A stretch of 64,000 nt of DNA from Acidimicrobiales bacterium (GTDB lineage Bacteria > Actinomycetota > Acidimicrobiia > Acidimicrobiales > UBA8190): assembly GCA_017882995.1 (NCBI GenBank), contig JADGOL010000228.1, forward strand, positions 771 to 64,770, written 5' to 3'. Numbering within the stretch: the first letter of the stretch is position 1; every line of letters starts with the position of its first letter. The position numbers and the translations under genes were made by a program. Under the pieces are notes generated by a model. The model ran no database searches, was not told the DNA's origin, and was given only the letters and a program-made list of their open reading frames with translations. Positions 37,190 to 46,784 of the stretch are shown here, piece after piece.

Positions 37190-37786
37190 GTGGCCCCAGG
37201 GCCTCGCATCGGCATCTTCGGAGGGACGTTCGATCCTGTCCATGTCGGTCACCTGGTCGCGGCGACATGGGCACGGGAGGCGCTCGGCCTCGACCGGGTC
37301 CTCCTGGTCGTGGCCAACGAGCCCTGGCAGAAGGCCGGCACCCGCGCCGTGACGCCCGCCGAGGACCGGTTCTTGATGGTGCAGGCGGCGGTGGCCGGGG
37401 TCACCGGGGTCGAGGCGTGTCGTATGGAAATCGATCGGGGCGGCCCGAGCTACACCGCCGACACCGTGCGCGAGCTCCGGGTGGCGACGCCGACGGCCCG
37501 GCCCTTCGTGATTGTGGGCGCCGATGTGGCTGCCGAGCTCGCGACCTGGCAGCAGGTGGACGAGCTGCGCAAGGCTGTCACGCTCGTGGTGGTCGACCGC
37601 GGTGGCGTGGGACCCGGAGAGGATCCGCCGGGGTGGCACGTCGAGCGGTTGCGCATCCCGGCCCTCGACATCTCGAGCAGCCAGCTCCGAGACCGCCTCG
37701 CCCAGGGCAGGTCGGTGGACTTCCTCATTCCCGAGCCCGCCATACGTTGCATCCGCCAGCTGAATCTGTACGCTGGCAGGAGATGA
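37190..37786 (+). CDS. nadD: Nicotinate-nucleotide adenylyltransferase
   Basis: IGIFGGTFDPVHVGH motif. GTG 37190 has GGGGAG 4 nt upstream. The ORF start at 37130 would leave only 15 nt to the divergent aroG. Confidence 0.9.
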   Translation: MAPGPRIGIFGGTFDPVHVGHLVAATWAREALGLDRVLLVVANEPWQKAGTRAVTPAEDRFLMVQAAVAGVTGVEACRMEIDRGGPSYTADTVRELRVATPTARPFVIVGADVAAELATWQQVDELRKAVTLVVVDRGGVGPGEDPPGWHVERLRIPALDISSSQLRDRLAQGRSVDFLIPEPAIRCIRQLNLYAGRR

Positions 37787-37874
37787 GTAGCGCCGATACC
37801 GATCGAACCGTCACGGGTCCCCATGGGGCGCGTCCGGGGGGTTCGACCGAGGTGGACGTGGCGGTTCCCGCCGC

Positions 37875-38291
37875 ATGACGGCACCCGCCGAGCGGGAATC
37901 GGCGGACAACGGACGCCCCGACGTTCCCGAGGCTGCCCTGGTGGCAGCGCGGGCCGCGGACACCAAGCTCGGCCAGAACACCGTTGTCCTCGCCATGGGG
38001 GAGTTCCTCGGGGTGACCGACGCCTTTGTCATCACGAGCGGTGCCAACAGCCGACAGGTCCGCACCATCGTCGAAGAGGTCGAGCACCAGGTGAAGGAGT
38101 CCGTCGGGCGCTCGCCGCGTGCCACCGAAGGTCTGCGCGACCTGACCTGGGTGCTCATGGACTACGGCGACTTCCTCGTCCATGTCTTCCAGGACGAAGC
38201 ACGCGCCTATTACGACCTCGAGCGCCTGTGGGGTAACGCGCCGCGTCGGTCGGGCGACGAGATCCTCTCGGAGCAGCGCGTCGAGGACTGA
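37875..38291 (+). CDS. rsfS: Ribosome silencing factor RsfS (Iojap)
   Basis: DAFVITSGANSRQVRTIVEEV...WVLMDYGDFLVHVFQDEARAYYDLERLW, downstream of nadD. Confidence 0.93.
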   Translation: MTAPAERESADNGRPDVPEAALVAARAADTKLGQNTVVLAMGEFLGVTDAFVITSGANSRQVRTIVEEVEHQVKESVGRSPRATEGLRDLTWVLMDYGDFLVHVFQDEARAYYDLERLWGNAPRRSGDEILSEQRVED

Positions 38292-38307
38292 GCCCTGACG
38301 CCCGGCG

Positions 38308-38901
38308 TCATGGGGCCAGCGCCGCGAACTGCGCGGTGGTGGCCACGGGGACGAGCGCTCCGCTCGTGACCGGCACCTGGACGGGTTGGCCCATCAGCTC
38401 GAAGGTGACCCCGGTGACGCCGGGGAGGGCCGAGGCCGTGAACACGACCTGTGCCACCGCCTGGATCTCGGGCGGCCCCACGATCTGACCGAAGGTGCCC
38501 CCCAGGTTCACCGTGGCGGTGCCCCCGGCGATGTTGGCTCCGAGGACCGTCGTCTGGGTCGCCACCGCACTCTGGAGCCCCGACGCCGATTCCTTGTCGT
38601 TGGGCCCGGCGACCAGCGCTCGGAGCACGGTGGCCAGGTCGGGCGGGGAGACCGACACGTTGCGGGTCACCGCCACCAGGTGACCGCTCGATCCGATGAG
38701 GAAGATCTGCACGGGAACCTCGATCGGCGACGGGCCGGTGGTCACCGTGGTCGTGGACTGAGTGGGCGCCAGGAGGTCGAAGGGGATGCCGTGGCGTGAC
38801 AACGCCGCGGGTTGCTTGTCGACGGGCACGCCACAACCGGAGAGTCCGAGCACGACGGCACAGGCGGCGAGGACGGTGATCGTGCCGCGGGGGATCGTCA
38901 T
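38308..38901 (-). CDS. Lipoprotein with GerMN-type domain (short LpqB-like partner of the two-component system)
   Basis: Lipobox LGLSGC. VQIFLIGSSGHLVAVTRNV...VLRALVAGP...ATVNL...QVVFTASALPGVTGVTF fits the GerMN pattern. ATGA overlap with the kinase gene. Confidence 0.7.
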   Translation of the reverse strand: MTIPRGTITVLAACAVVLGLSGCGVPVDKQPAALSRHGIPFDLLAPTQSTTTVTTGPSPIEVPVQIFLIGSSGHLVAVTRNVSVSPPDLATVLRALVAGPNDKESASGLQSAVATQTTVLGANIAGGTATVNLGGTFGQIVGPPEIQAVAQVVFTASALPGVTGVTFELMGQPVQVPVTSGALVPVATTAQFAALAP

Positions 38902-40406
38902 GCCCGCGTCTCGGCGTCGCGCGCGGGATCGGGCGCGAGCGCTGGAGCCGTGCCGTTGTCGTTGCCCGCGGGGAGCTCGATCACGAAACGGTTCTCACCC
39001 TCCGCGCCGGACTCGGCCCAGACCCGACCGCCGTGCAGGCGTACGTGCTCGGCGACGAGCGAGAGCCCGAGTCCGGTGCCGTTGGTCACCCCGCGCTGGC
39101 CTGCGGCCTGGCCCCGATAGAAGCGCTCGAAGATCCTGTCGCGTTCGCCCGGCGCCACGCCCGGGCCGCGGTCGACCACCACGAATCGAACGCCGTGGCC
39201 GGTCCCGGGCTCGACCGCGATGCGGGTGACGCCCCCCGCGTACTGCTCCGCGTTGTCGACGAGGTTCGTCACGACGCGCTCGATGCGGCGCTTGTCCACC
39301 CACAGACGCAACCCTGCGACGGCCGGATCCACGTCAACGGGGACATCGCCCGCTCCTCCCGCCGCGGCGGCCTGGCGGGCGAGCTCGCCTACCTCGACCT
39401 CGTCGAGCGACAGCTCCGCCGACCCGGTGTCGACGCGGCTGATCTCCAGGAGGTCATCGACCATGCGCTGGAAGCGATGGAGCTCGGTGCTCAGCAGGTC
39501 GAGGGCGTGACGGCTGCGCGGGGGCAGCTCGTCGCGGTGCGACTCGAGGACGCCCAGCGATGTCGCCAAGGTGGTGAGCGGGGAACGGAGCTCGTGGCTC
39601 ACGTCCGCAGTGAACCGCACCTCGTGGTCGATCCGTTCCTGGAGGGCATCGGTCATGCGGTTGAACGACGACGCCAAGGCCGAGAGCTCGGCGTCGCCCT
39701 CGGCGAGCAGACGGGTGTTGAGGCTTCCGCCCGCCACCGTTTCCGCGGCGCGCGACACCTGGGCCAGCGGTCGCAAGGCCCGCCCACTGGCCCATCGCCC
39801 GATCACCGCTCCCGCCACCGTGGTCAACAGGGCGGCGCCGGCGAGCGCCAGGGCCAGGATACGCAAGGTCCGGCTCAGGTCGTCGAGCGAGAACACCTCG
39901 AAATACGAGGCGTTGACACTGGGTATGGGCAGTCCCACCCCCATCTGTGGGGTGTTGCCGAGCACGAAGTGCTGCGTGGCCGGGGTGCCCGACAGAATCA
40001 GGTCGCGCAGAGAGAGCGGGATGGCGTTCTCGCCGACCGAGATCGACGTGGCGTACCACTGGCCCTTGAGCTCGAGTACCGAGCGCGAGCCGGGAACCGT
40101 GTCGAGAGAGGCCAGCAGCTGGGTGATGTTGGGATTCACCGATCGCAACGACGATCGCGCCAGCGACGCGTTCACATAGGCCTGGCGCAAGATGGCGGTC
40201 TCGCGCTCTTTCAGGATGAACTGCCGGGCCGTGAAGTATGTGACCCCCGCCATGGTCGCCGACAATGCCAGGGCCCCGAGTCCGAAGGTCACCGTGACGC
40301 GCGACCGCAGACCGAGGTTCGACCAGGGCCGCGTGCGCGGGCGCGTGTGCGGGCGCTGCGGTGAAGCGCCTGGGGGACCGACTCGGCGCGTGCGGAATCC
40401 GCGCAT
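38898..40406 (-). CDS. Sensor histidine kinase, MtrB-like (2 TM, HAMP, HisKA, HATPase_c)
   Basis: H-box FTADVSHELRSPLTTL, N-box VVTNLVDNAEQY, G-boxes DRGPGV and GTGLGLSL. ATG 40406 lies 8 nt after the regulator stop. Confidence 0.88.
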   Translation of the reverse strand: MRGFRTRRVGPPGASPQRPHTRPRTRPWSNLGLRSRVTVTFGLGALALSATMAGVTYFTARQFILKERETAILRQAYVNASLARSSLRSVNPNITQLLASLDTVPGSRSVLELKGQWYATSISVGENAIPLSLRDLILSGTPATQHFVLGNTPQMGVGLPIPSVNASYFEVFSLDDLSRTLRILALALAGAALLTTVAGAVIGRWASGRALRPLAQVSRAAETVAGGSLNTRLLAEGDAELSALASSFNRMTDALQERIDHEVRFTADVSHELRSPLTTLATSLGVLESHRDELPPRSRHALDLLSTELHRFQRMVDDLLEISRVDTGSAELSLDEVEVGELARQAAAAGGAGDVPVDVDPAVAGLRLWVDKRRIERVVTNLVDNAEQYAGGVTRIAVEPGTGHGVRFVVVDRGPGVAPGERDRIFERFYRGQAAGQRGVTNGTGLGLSLVAEHVRLHGGRVWAESGAEGENRFVIELPAGNDNGTAPALAPDPARDAETRA

Positions 40407-40414
40407 GTCGGCCC

Positions 40415-41092
40415 TCAGGTGGCCAGCTTGTAGCCCATCCCTCGCACGGTGAGGATGTGACGGGGATTGGCGGGGTCGGCCTCGATCTTGGTGCGCAGTC
40501 GCCGGATGTGGACGTCGACGAGCCGTCCGTCGCCGAAGTAGTCGTAACCCCAGACCCGGTCGAGGAGCTGCTCCCGGCTCAGCACCTTGCCGGGATTGGT
40601 GGCTAGTTCGCACAGGAGACGGAATTCCGTGCGGGTGCAGTGGACCTCGGTCCCGGCTCTGCGCACCGTGCCCTCGTCAGGAAGGACTTCGACGTCTCCG
40701 AAGGAGAGCGCGTCGGGAGTGTCGACGGACCGGGAACGACGCAGGAGGGCCCGGATGCGCGCCGCGAGCTCCTTGGCGACGAAGGGCTTGGTGACGTAGT
40801 CGTCGGCACCGGCTTCGAGTCCGGCCACCACATCGTGGGTGTCGTTGCGCGCCGTGACCATGATCACGGGAACGGCGCTCGTGCGGCGCAGCTGCCGGCA
40901 GCACTCGAAGCCGTCGATGCCCGGCAGCATGAGGTCGATGAGCACGACGTCGGCGGGTTGGTCGGCGAAATGCTCGAGCCCGACCTCGCCCGAGCCGGCC
41001 TCGTCGACCTCGTAGCCCTCGTCCTCGAGTGCCAGTCGCATCGAGGCGCGGATGCGCTCGTCGTCCTCTACGAGGAGGATTCGGTTGCTCAT
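40415..41092 (-). CDS. OmpR-family response regulator, MtrA-like
   Basis: Receiver domain (ILLVEDDE, VLIDLMLPG, KPF) plus winged-helix output (VWGYDYFGDGRLVDVHIRRLRTKIE...TVRGMGYKL). Sits in an RR-HK-lipoprotein arrangement. Confidence 0.9.
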   Translation of the reverse strand: MSNRILLVEDDERIRASMRLALEDEGYEVDEAGSGEVGLEHFADQPADVVLIDLMLPGIDGFECCRQLRRTSAVPVIMVTARNDTHDVVAGLEAGADDYVTKPFVAKELAARIRALLRRSRSVDTPDALSFGDVEVLPDEGTVRRAGTEVHCTRTEFRLLCELATNPGKVLSREQLLDRVWGYDYFGDGRLVDVHIRRLRTKIEADPANPRHILTVRGMGYKLAT

Positions 41093-41171
41093 GAGCGCCG
41101 GTTCATCAGGGACTGGTCACGACTGGTGGTTCAACCCGGGCGTGGCGCCCGTCGGACCGGCGCGATGACGA

Positions 41172-42857
41172 TCAGGTCGATTTCCAGATCTGGGGGGTCC
41201 AGATCGTTCCCACGATCATGCCGTATGCCTTGGCACCTTCGGGCGTCGTCGGGTTGTTCCAGTTCTGCACGTGCGAGTTGGCCACGACGGCCCAGGTGGT
41301 CCGGTCCTGCCAGATGTAGGGCAGGACCGCGTTGAGGCGCTTGGCGACACCTTGGTACGCGGCCGCCCTGGTGGCCGGGTCGGTGGAGGTCCGCCCCTGC
41401 TGCAGCAGGGTCTCGATCTGGGGGTCGGTGTTCCGGGCGAAGTTCGAGGCGATCGACGACGGGCCGGTCCCGAAGATCTCGGTCGGGCTCCACCACAGGT
41501 AATTGAGGTCCGGGTCCACTGCCGCGAACTGGCGCCACGACGTCGCCTGGAAGAGTCCCCCCAATGCGTTGTTGATCTGGTCGGCCTGCTGGATCTGGGT
41601 CAGCGTGACCTTCATCCCCACGGCCTCGAGCTGGCTCTGGACGAACTGGACCACCTGGATCGAGTACGCCGAGTTGGTCGACTGGAGGGTGAAGGCCACG
41701 GGCTTGCCGGTCTCGGTCTCCAGCTGCTTCACGATCGCCTTGGCTTTGCTCGGGTTGTACGCCGGGTATCCGGTATCCGTGGCGTAGTAGGGGGTGTTGG
41801 GCACGAAGGGTTGGTTGGTGGGTGTGTTGACGCCCTTGTCGACGACGGTGGCGTACTGCTTCGAATTGATGGCCATGGCCATGGCCTGGCGGACCCGGAT
41901 GTCGCTCATGGCGGGATCGGCCATGTTGATCATGATGAAGTTCATGTCGGGCTCGCCCACGATGCCCTTGGTGTCGTCGAGGAACCCGTAGCTCTGATCG
42001 CTCTCGAACTGCAGGATGCTGGCGGGCAGGTCCGTGTGCATGATGTCGATGTTGCCCGCCTGCAACGCGTTGGCGCGCTGCTGCGCGTCGGTGATGGGCC
42101 GGTAGGTGACCGTGTCGAGATAAGGGAGGCCCTTGCGCCAGTAGTCGGGGTTGCGCTCCGCGGTGAAATGGTCGTTGGGGACCCATTCCTTGAACTTGAA
42201 CGGACCCGTGCCGACCGGCCGCTCCGATCCCTTGGGGTCGGCGATCATCGAGGGTGAGGCGATGTAACCGGGCTGGCCCCCGATGCCTCCGGCGAGGTAG
42301 GCGGGGAACGGGACCCAGGGTTGCTTGAGCGTCACGGTCACGGTGTCCGAGCTCGTGGCGGAGATGTCTTTCACGGCGGTGAACGTCACCCCGAGCAGGT
42401 TGTTCTTGAAATGGTTCAGGCTCCCGGCGATGGCGGCGGCGTCACAGGGGGTGCCGTCGTGGAACCTCACGTTCGGACGCGCCGTGATCGTCCACACCGT
42501 GTAGTCCGAGTTGGGGGTGATGGCCTGGGCGAGGTAGGGCTGAACGCTGCCGTCGGCGGCGATGATGGTGAGCGGGTCGAAGACGGTGCGCGCGTAGAGG
42601 ACCCCGGTCTCGTCGAAGCGACCGGTCGCCGGGTCGAATCCCTGTTCCTCGGCCTCGACCCCGAAGACGAGCTCCCCGCCTTTCTTGGGGGTGGCAGTGG
42701 AGATGCCGTTGCGCGGCCCGCTGGCGAGTGACCCCCCGCCGCTCGAGCCGGAGCCGCAGGCGCTCAGGAGGCCGCCCACTCCGCCGGCGGCCGCGAGTCC
42801 CCCAGCCGCCAGGGCACCTCGAGCAAGAAACGAACGGCGGTCGATCTGGTCGGGCAC
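41172..42857 (-). CDS. ABC transporter substrate-binding lipoprotein, family 5 (peptide/nickel/oligosaccharide type)
   Basis: Tat-like RRSFLARGALAAGGLAAAGG followed by the lipobox LLSACG. Family-5 SBP length. GTG 42857 is the first usable start. No permease or ATPase genes are adjacent. Confidence 0.8.
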   Translation of the reverse strand: MPDQIDRRSFLARGALAAGGLAAAGGVGGLLSACGSGSSGGGSLASGPRNGISTATPKKGGELVFGVEAEEQGFDPATGRFDETGVLYARTVFDPLTIIAADGSVQPYLAQAITPNSDYTVWTITARPNVRFHDGTPCDAAAIAGSLNHFKNNLLGVTFTAVKDISATSSDTVTVTLKQPWVPFPAYLAGGIGGQPGYIASPSMIADPKGSERPVGTGPFKFKEWVPNDHFTAERNPDYWRKGLPYLDTVTYRPITDAQQRANALQAGNIDIMHTDLPASILQFESDQSYGFLDDTKGIVGEPDMNFIMINMADPAMSDIRVRQAMAMAINSKQYATVVDKGVNTPTNQPFVPNTPYYATDTGYPAYNPSKAKAIVKQLETETGKPVAFTLQSTNSAYSIQVVQFVQSQLEAVGMKVTLTQIQQADQINNALGGLFQATSWRQFAAVDPDLNYLWWSPTEIFGTGPSSIASNFARNTDPQIETLLQQGRTSTDPATRAAAYQGVAKRLNAVLPYIWQDRTTWAVVANSHVQNWNNPTTPEGAKAYGMIVGTIWTPQIWKST

Positions 42858-42963
42858 AGTCCCTACCCCCTTCGGGGCGCATTTGCAGCGTCTCGCCTGG
42901 TCGCGCCCTGCACCGCCCTGGACAATAGCGTCGCAAGCCCAGCTAGACGGGTAGCGTTGGATC

Positions 42964-43884
42964 ATGGCCTGGGACCCCGAGGCGTTCTCGCGGTCCCTCG
43001 GCGGACAGTCTCCGGCGACACGGCGCGCCTATGTGGGAGACCTCGAGGCCTTCACGGTCTGGGCCGAGCGTGCCCGAGTCGAGGGACCCGCCGAGGTGGA
43101 CCGCATCCTGCTTCGTCGGTACCTGGCGTTTCTCACCACCCGTCGGTACGCCCGGGCCACGGTGGCTCGCAAGGCGGCCGCCCTGCGCTGCTATTTCGCC
43201 TGGCAACGCCGGCGGGGGGTCCTCGACGACGACCCGGCCCGGCGCCTGGCGTCGCCCGGAGGCCGGTCGCGGCTCCCGAGGGTGCTCGACCACGGCGAGC
43301 TCGAGGTCATGCTGGACGGAGACGACCTCGCCCCGGTGGCCCCGACCTTGTCATCGAACGATGTGACCAAGCCACCCCGCCTCCACGATGCCCTTGGGGC
43401 CCGGGACGATGCTGTGCTCGAGCTCCTGTACGGGTGCGGACTTCGCGTCGCCGAGCTGTGCGGCCTCGACATCGGGGATGTCGACCTGCGGGCGGGCATG
43501 GTCACGGTGATGGGAAAGGGCAGCCGCCAGCGCCGGGTCCCGATGCACGATCGGTGTGCGCAGACCGTCGAGCTGTGGCTGGAACGAGGCCGCCCGGTGC
43601 TCGTGAGCGAGGTGTCTCCCCCTCATGCCGCGTTCTTGAATCGTCGCGGGGCGCGTCTGGGCACGCGTGACGTCCGGCGCGTCGTGGACCGCAGGTCACC
43701 GGTTCCGACGCACCCACACGCCCTGCGCCACAGCTTCGCCACCCACCTCCTCGACGGGGGTGCTGACCTGCGGGTCGTCCAAGAACTCCTGGGACACGCC
43801 AGTCTGCAGACCACGCAGGTCTACACTCATGTCAGCAAGGACCGGTTGCTCTCGGTATACGGGGCGACCCATCCCCGAGCGTAG
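42964..43884 (+). CDS. xerC: Tyrosine recombinase XerC/XerD family
   Basis: 306 aa. N-terminal SAM-like domain, then catalytic residues in ...GLRVAELCGLD...GKG.RQRRVP...HALRHSFATHLL..GADLRVVQELLGHASLQTTQVYTHV. Confidence 0.88.
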   Translation: MAWDPEAFSRSLGGQSPATRRAYVGDLEAFTVWAERARVEGPAEVDRILLRRYLAFLTTRRYARATVARKAAALRCYFAWQRRRGVLDDDPARRLASPGGRSRLPRVLDHGELEVMLDGDDLAPVAPTLSSNDVTKPPRLHDALGARDDAVLELLYGCGLRVAELCGLDIGDVDLRAGMVTVMGKGSRQRRVPMHDRCAQTVELWLERGRPVLVSEVSPPHAAFLNRRGARLGTRDVRRVVDRRSPVPTHPHALRHSFATHLLDGGADLRVVQELLGHASLQTTQVYTHVSKDRLLSVYGATHPRA

Positions 43885-43892
43885 GGGGAGGC

Positions 43893-44744
43893 GTGACGAC
43901 GGACGACGACGGCGGCACTGCACGCCTATGGGTCGAGTACAAGAAGAATGGTGAGCGTCGTTTGCGCGACCAGCTCATCGTGCTGTACTCGCCGCTTGTG
44001 AAGTATGTCGCGGCCCGCGTGGCGGTGGGCCTTCCCCAGCACGTGGACGGGTCTGACCTGGTGAGCTACGGCATCATCGGCCTCATCGACGCCATCGACC
44101 GGTTCAGCCCGGATCGCCAGGTGAAGTTCGAGACCTACGCCATCCCACGCATCCGGGGTGCGATCATCGACGAGCTCCGCGCCATCGACTGGGTACCGCG
44201 CTCGGTGCGGGCCAAGGCGCGCGCCGTGGAGCAGGCCTACGCCTCGCTCGAAGCCACGTTGCTGCGGACACCCACCGACGCCGAGGTCGCCACCGAGCTC
44301 GAGATGTCGGAGTCCGACCTTCAAGACATCCTGCGACAGATCTCCTTCGTCGGTGTGGCCGCGCTCGACGAGGTGTTCATGGTGGGTGGTGACCGCACCG
44401 ATCGCACCACGCTCGGTGACACCATCCCCGACGCCACGGCCGGACCGGTGGCGCTGTTCGAGGACAAGGAGTCCAAGGAGATCCTCGCTCAGGCCATCAT
44501 GCAGCTCGGCGAGCGAGAGCGGACCGTCCTGTCGCTCTATTACTACGAAGGTCTCACGCTGGCTGAGATCGGCGAGATCCTGGGTGTGACCGAGAGCCGG
44601 GTGTGCCAGATCCACACCAAGGCCGTCTTGCAACTCCGTGGCCGTCTCAATGACCGGTCCCCGGACGGGACCGACACCCAGCGCCGAGGCCGGCCCCCCG
44701 GCGGTCGGCGCGGGCCGCGCTCGAGCGTCGCCGCCACCGGCTGA
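43893..44744 (+). CDS. RNA polymerase sigma factor, FliA/WhiG (sigma-28) family
   Basis: Regions 2-4 are readable (LVSYGIIGLIDAIDRF, FETYAIPRIRGAIIDELR, LTLAEIGEILGVTESRVCQIHTKAV). GTG start has GGGGGAGG upstream, 8 nt after the xerC stop. Confidence 0.85.
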   Translation: MTTDDDGGTARLWVEYKKNGERRLRDQLIVLYSPLVKYVAARVAVGLPQHVDGSDLVSYGIIGLIDAIDRFSPDRQVKFETYAIPRIRGAIIDELRAIDWVPRSVRAKARAVEQAYASLEATLLRTPTDAEVATELEMSESDLQDILRQISFVGVAALDEVFMVGGDRTDRTTLGDTIPDATAGPVALFEDKESKEILAQAIMQLGERERTVLSLYYYEGLTLAEIGEILGVTESRVCQIHTKAVLQLRGRLNDRSPDGTDTQRRGRPPGGRRGPRSSVAATG

Positions 44745-44950
44745 CTCCGCTGCCGCCCGTCTCCGGGCATCGCATCGTCGAGCCGGCTCGAGCCGGTACG
44801 GGCCCAATCCCCATGTGACGGGCTGACGGGCCGTCGGTTACGATGGCACCGTTCCCGCCCGTCGGGTGGGACGCCAAAGAGCCACTTTGAAGCACCCGGC
44901 GCGTCCAACGGTCGCCCTTTCAGGGGCGCAGTGCCGGGGAAGGACAACCG

Positions 44951-45958
44951 ATGGGAGGACCAGCCGTGGCAGTTGTCACGACTCGGCAGTTGCTGGAGGC
45001 CGGCATGCATTTCGGCCACCAGACGCGCCGATGGAACCCGAAGATGCGTCGTTTCATCCTGGGCGAGCGCAACGGGATCTACATCATCGACCTCAAGAAG
45101 ACCCTCGAGGGCCTCGAAGAGGCCTACGGGTACGTCCGGGACCTGGTGGCCAACGGCGGCATTCTGTTGTTCGTCGGCACCAAGAAGCAGACCCAGGGCC
45201 CCATCGCCACGTACGCGAGGGCGTGCGGCATGCCGTATGTCAACGAGCGGTGGCTGGGCGGAATGCTCACCAACTTCACCACCATCTCTTCTCGCGTGGG
45301 GAAGATGCGTGAGTACGAGGCCATGGAGCGAGCCGGTGACTTCGAGGGCATGCCCAAGAAAGAAGGCCTTCGCTTCCGTCGCGAGCTGGAGAAGCTGCGT
45401 CGGAACCTCGGTGGCATCCGCGAGCTCGACCGTCTTCCCGATGCGGTCTTCGTGATCGACACCAAGAAGGAGCACATCGCCGTCACCGAGGCGAACAAGC
45501 TCGTGATGCCGATTGTGGCTGTGGTCGACACCAATTGCGACCCCGACGTGATCACCTACGTGATCCCAGGCAACGACGACGCCATCCGCTCGGGCGCGCT
45601 CATGTGCCGGGTCATGGCCGAGGCCGTCATCGAAGGGCGATGGGTCGCAGAGCACCGGCCCAAGCCACCGGCCCCCCCGGCCAGCGCTGCGGCGCCAGGA
45701 CAGCGCCGGCCGCCGCGCGGCCCTCGGGCACCGATCGGTTCCGACAACCCGGAGCCTCCTGCCCCGCCCGAGGCCTCGGCGGCGCTGCCCGAATCCGCGC
45801 CGCCCGAATCCGCGCAGCCCGAAGCCGCGCCGCCCGAATCCGCGCCGCCCGAATCCGCGCCGCCCGAAGCCACTCCGGCCGAGACGGCTTCAGGCGCCCA
45901 TCCGGAGACCGACGTGCCGGTCATCACCGACTCCGCCCCACCCACCGACGAGAGCTGA
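44951..45958 (+). CDS. rpsB: 30S ribosomal protein S2 with a roughly 100-aa Pro/Ala/Glu-rich C-terminal tail
   Basis: [19 protein letters not shown]... is the conserved S2 core. The tail contains (PESAP)n repeats. Confidence 0.96.
   Translation: MGGPAVAVVTTRQLLEAGMHFGHQTRRWNPKMRRFILGERNGIYIIDLKKTLEGLEEAYGYVRDLVANGGILLFVGTKKQTQGPIATYARACGMPYVNERWLGGMLTNFTTISSRVGKMREYEAMERAGDFEGMPKKEGLRFRRELEKLRRNLGGIRELDRLPDAVFVIDTKKEHIAVTEANKLVMPIVAVVDTNCDPDVITYVIPGNDDAIRSGALMCRVMAEAVIEGRWVAEHRPKPPAPPASAAAPGQRRPPRGPRAPIGSDNPEPPAPPEASAALPESAPPESAQPEAAPPESAPPESAPPEATPAETASGAHPETDVPVITDSAPPTDES
45788..45877 (+). repeat. Six in-frame 15-nt tandem repeats (CCCGAATCCGCGCCG) in the rpsB tail
   Basis: Units start at 45788, 45803, 45818, 45833, 45848 and 45863. 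The peptide is [30 protein letters not shown]. Confidence 0.9.
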
Positions 45959-45961
45959 GCA

Positions 45962-46756
45962 ATGGCCGACTTCACCGCCAAGGACGTCCAGGCGCTACGC
46001 CGGGCCACCGGCGCGGGCATGCTCGACTGCAAGCGCGCCCTCGAAGAGACCGGTGGCGACATCGAGAAGGCCAAGCTGTGGCTGCGCGAGCAGGGACTGG
46101 CCGGTGCAGCCAAGCGCTCTGACCGCGAGGCGACCCAGGGCGCGGTGGCACTGGCCGTATCCGATCGCAACGCCGCCATCGTCGAGTTGCGGTGCGAGAC
46201 CGACTTCGTGGCCAAAGCCGAGACATTTGTCAACCTCACCGACGAGCTCGCCCAGCTCGTGGCGGAGAAGGGCGAGGAGGCCACCGCGGACCGCGCCGCG
46301 GACATCGACGAGCTGAAGACCACGCTCAAGGAGAACATCTCGGTGGGCCAGACGGTCCGGTTCGAGATGGGCGACGATTCCATCGTGGGGACCTACCTCC
46401 ACATGCAGTCGGGGCGGGGCGTGAACGCGGTCCTGGTGGAGATGCGCGGAGGCACTGACGAGCTGGCGCACGACGTCGCAGTCCACGTGGCCTTCGCTCG
46501 GCCCTCGTACCTCCGTCGGGAGGACGTGCCCAAGGCCGAGGCCGATGCCGAGCGCAGCACTGTGGAGAACCTCTCGCGCAACGAAGGCAAGCCCGAAGCG
46601 GCGCTTGCGAAGGTCGTCGAAGGCCGCATGAACGGGTGGTTCAAGGAGCGCTGTCTGCTCGAGCAGTCATACGCCAAGGACGAGAAACGCACGATCGCCG
46701 ACCTCGTCGGGAGCGCGGAGATCGTCCGGTTCGCCCAGGTCGTTGTCGGCGGCTGA
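45962..46756 (+). CDS. tsf: Translation elongation factor Ts
   Basis: [29 protein letters not shown] (UBA-like N-terminus). 264 aa, directly after rpsB. Confidence 0.96.
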   Translation: MADFTAKDVQALRRATGAGMLDCKRALEETGGDIEKAKLWLREQGLAGAAKRSDREATQGAVALAVSDRNAAIVELRCETDFVAKAETFVNLTDELAQLVAEKGEEATADRAADIDELKTTLKENISVGQTVRFEMGDDSIVGTYLHMQSGRGVNAVLVEMRGGTDELAHDVAVHVAFARPSYLRREDVPKAEADAERSTVENLSRNEGKPEAALAKVVEGRMNGWFKERCLLEQSYAKDEKRTIADLVGSAEIVRFAQVVVGG

Positions 46757-46784
46757 GGTCGCCGGGAGCGACGCGGTCGCATCG

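Noticed and set aside
40407-40613. Upstream extension of the histidine kinase ORF into the response regulator gene
   Set aside because: It overlaps the 3' end of the regulator gene by about 200 nt with an R/P/H-rich peptide. ATG 40406, 8 nt after the regulator stop, gives a normal kinase N-terminus leading into the first TM helix.
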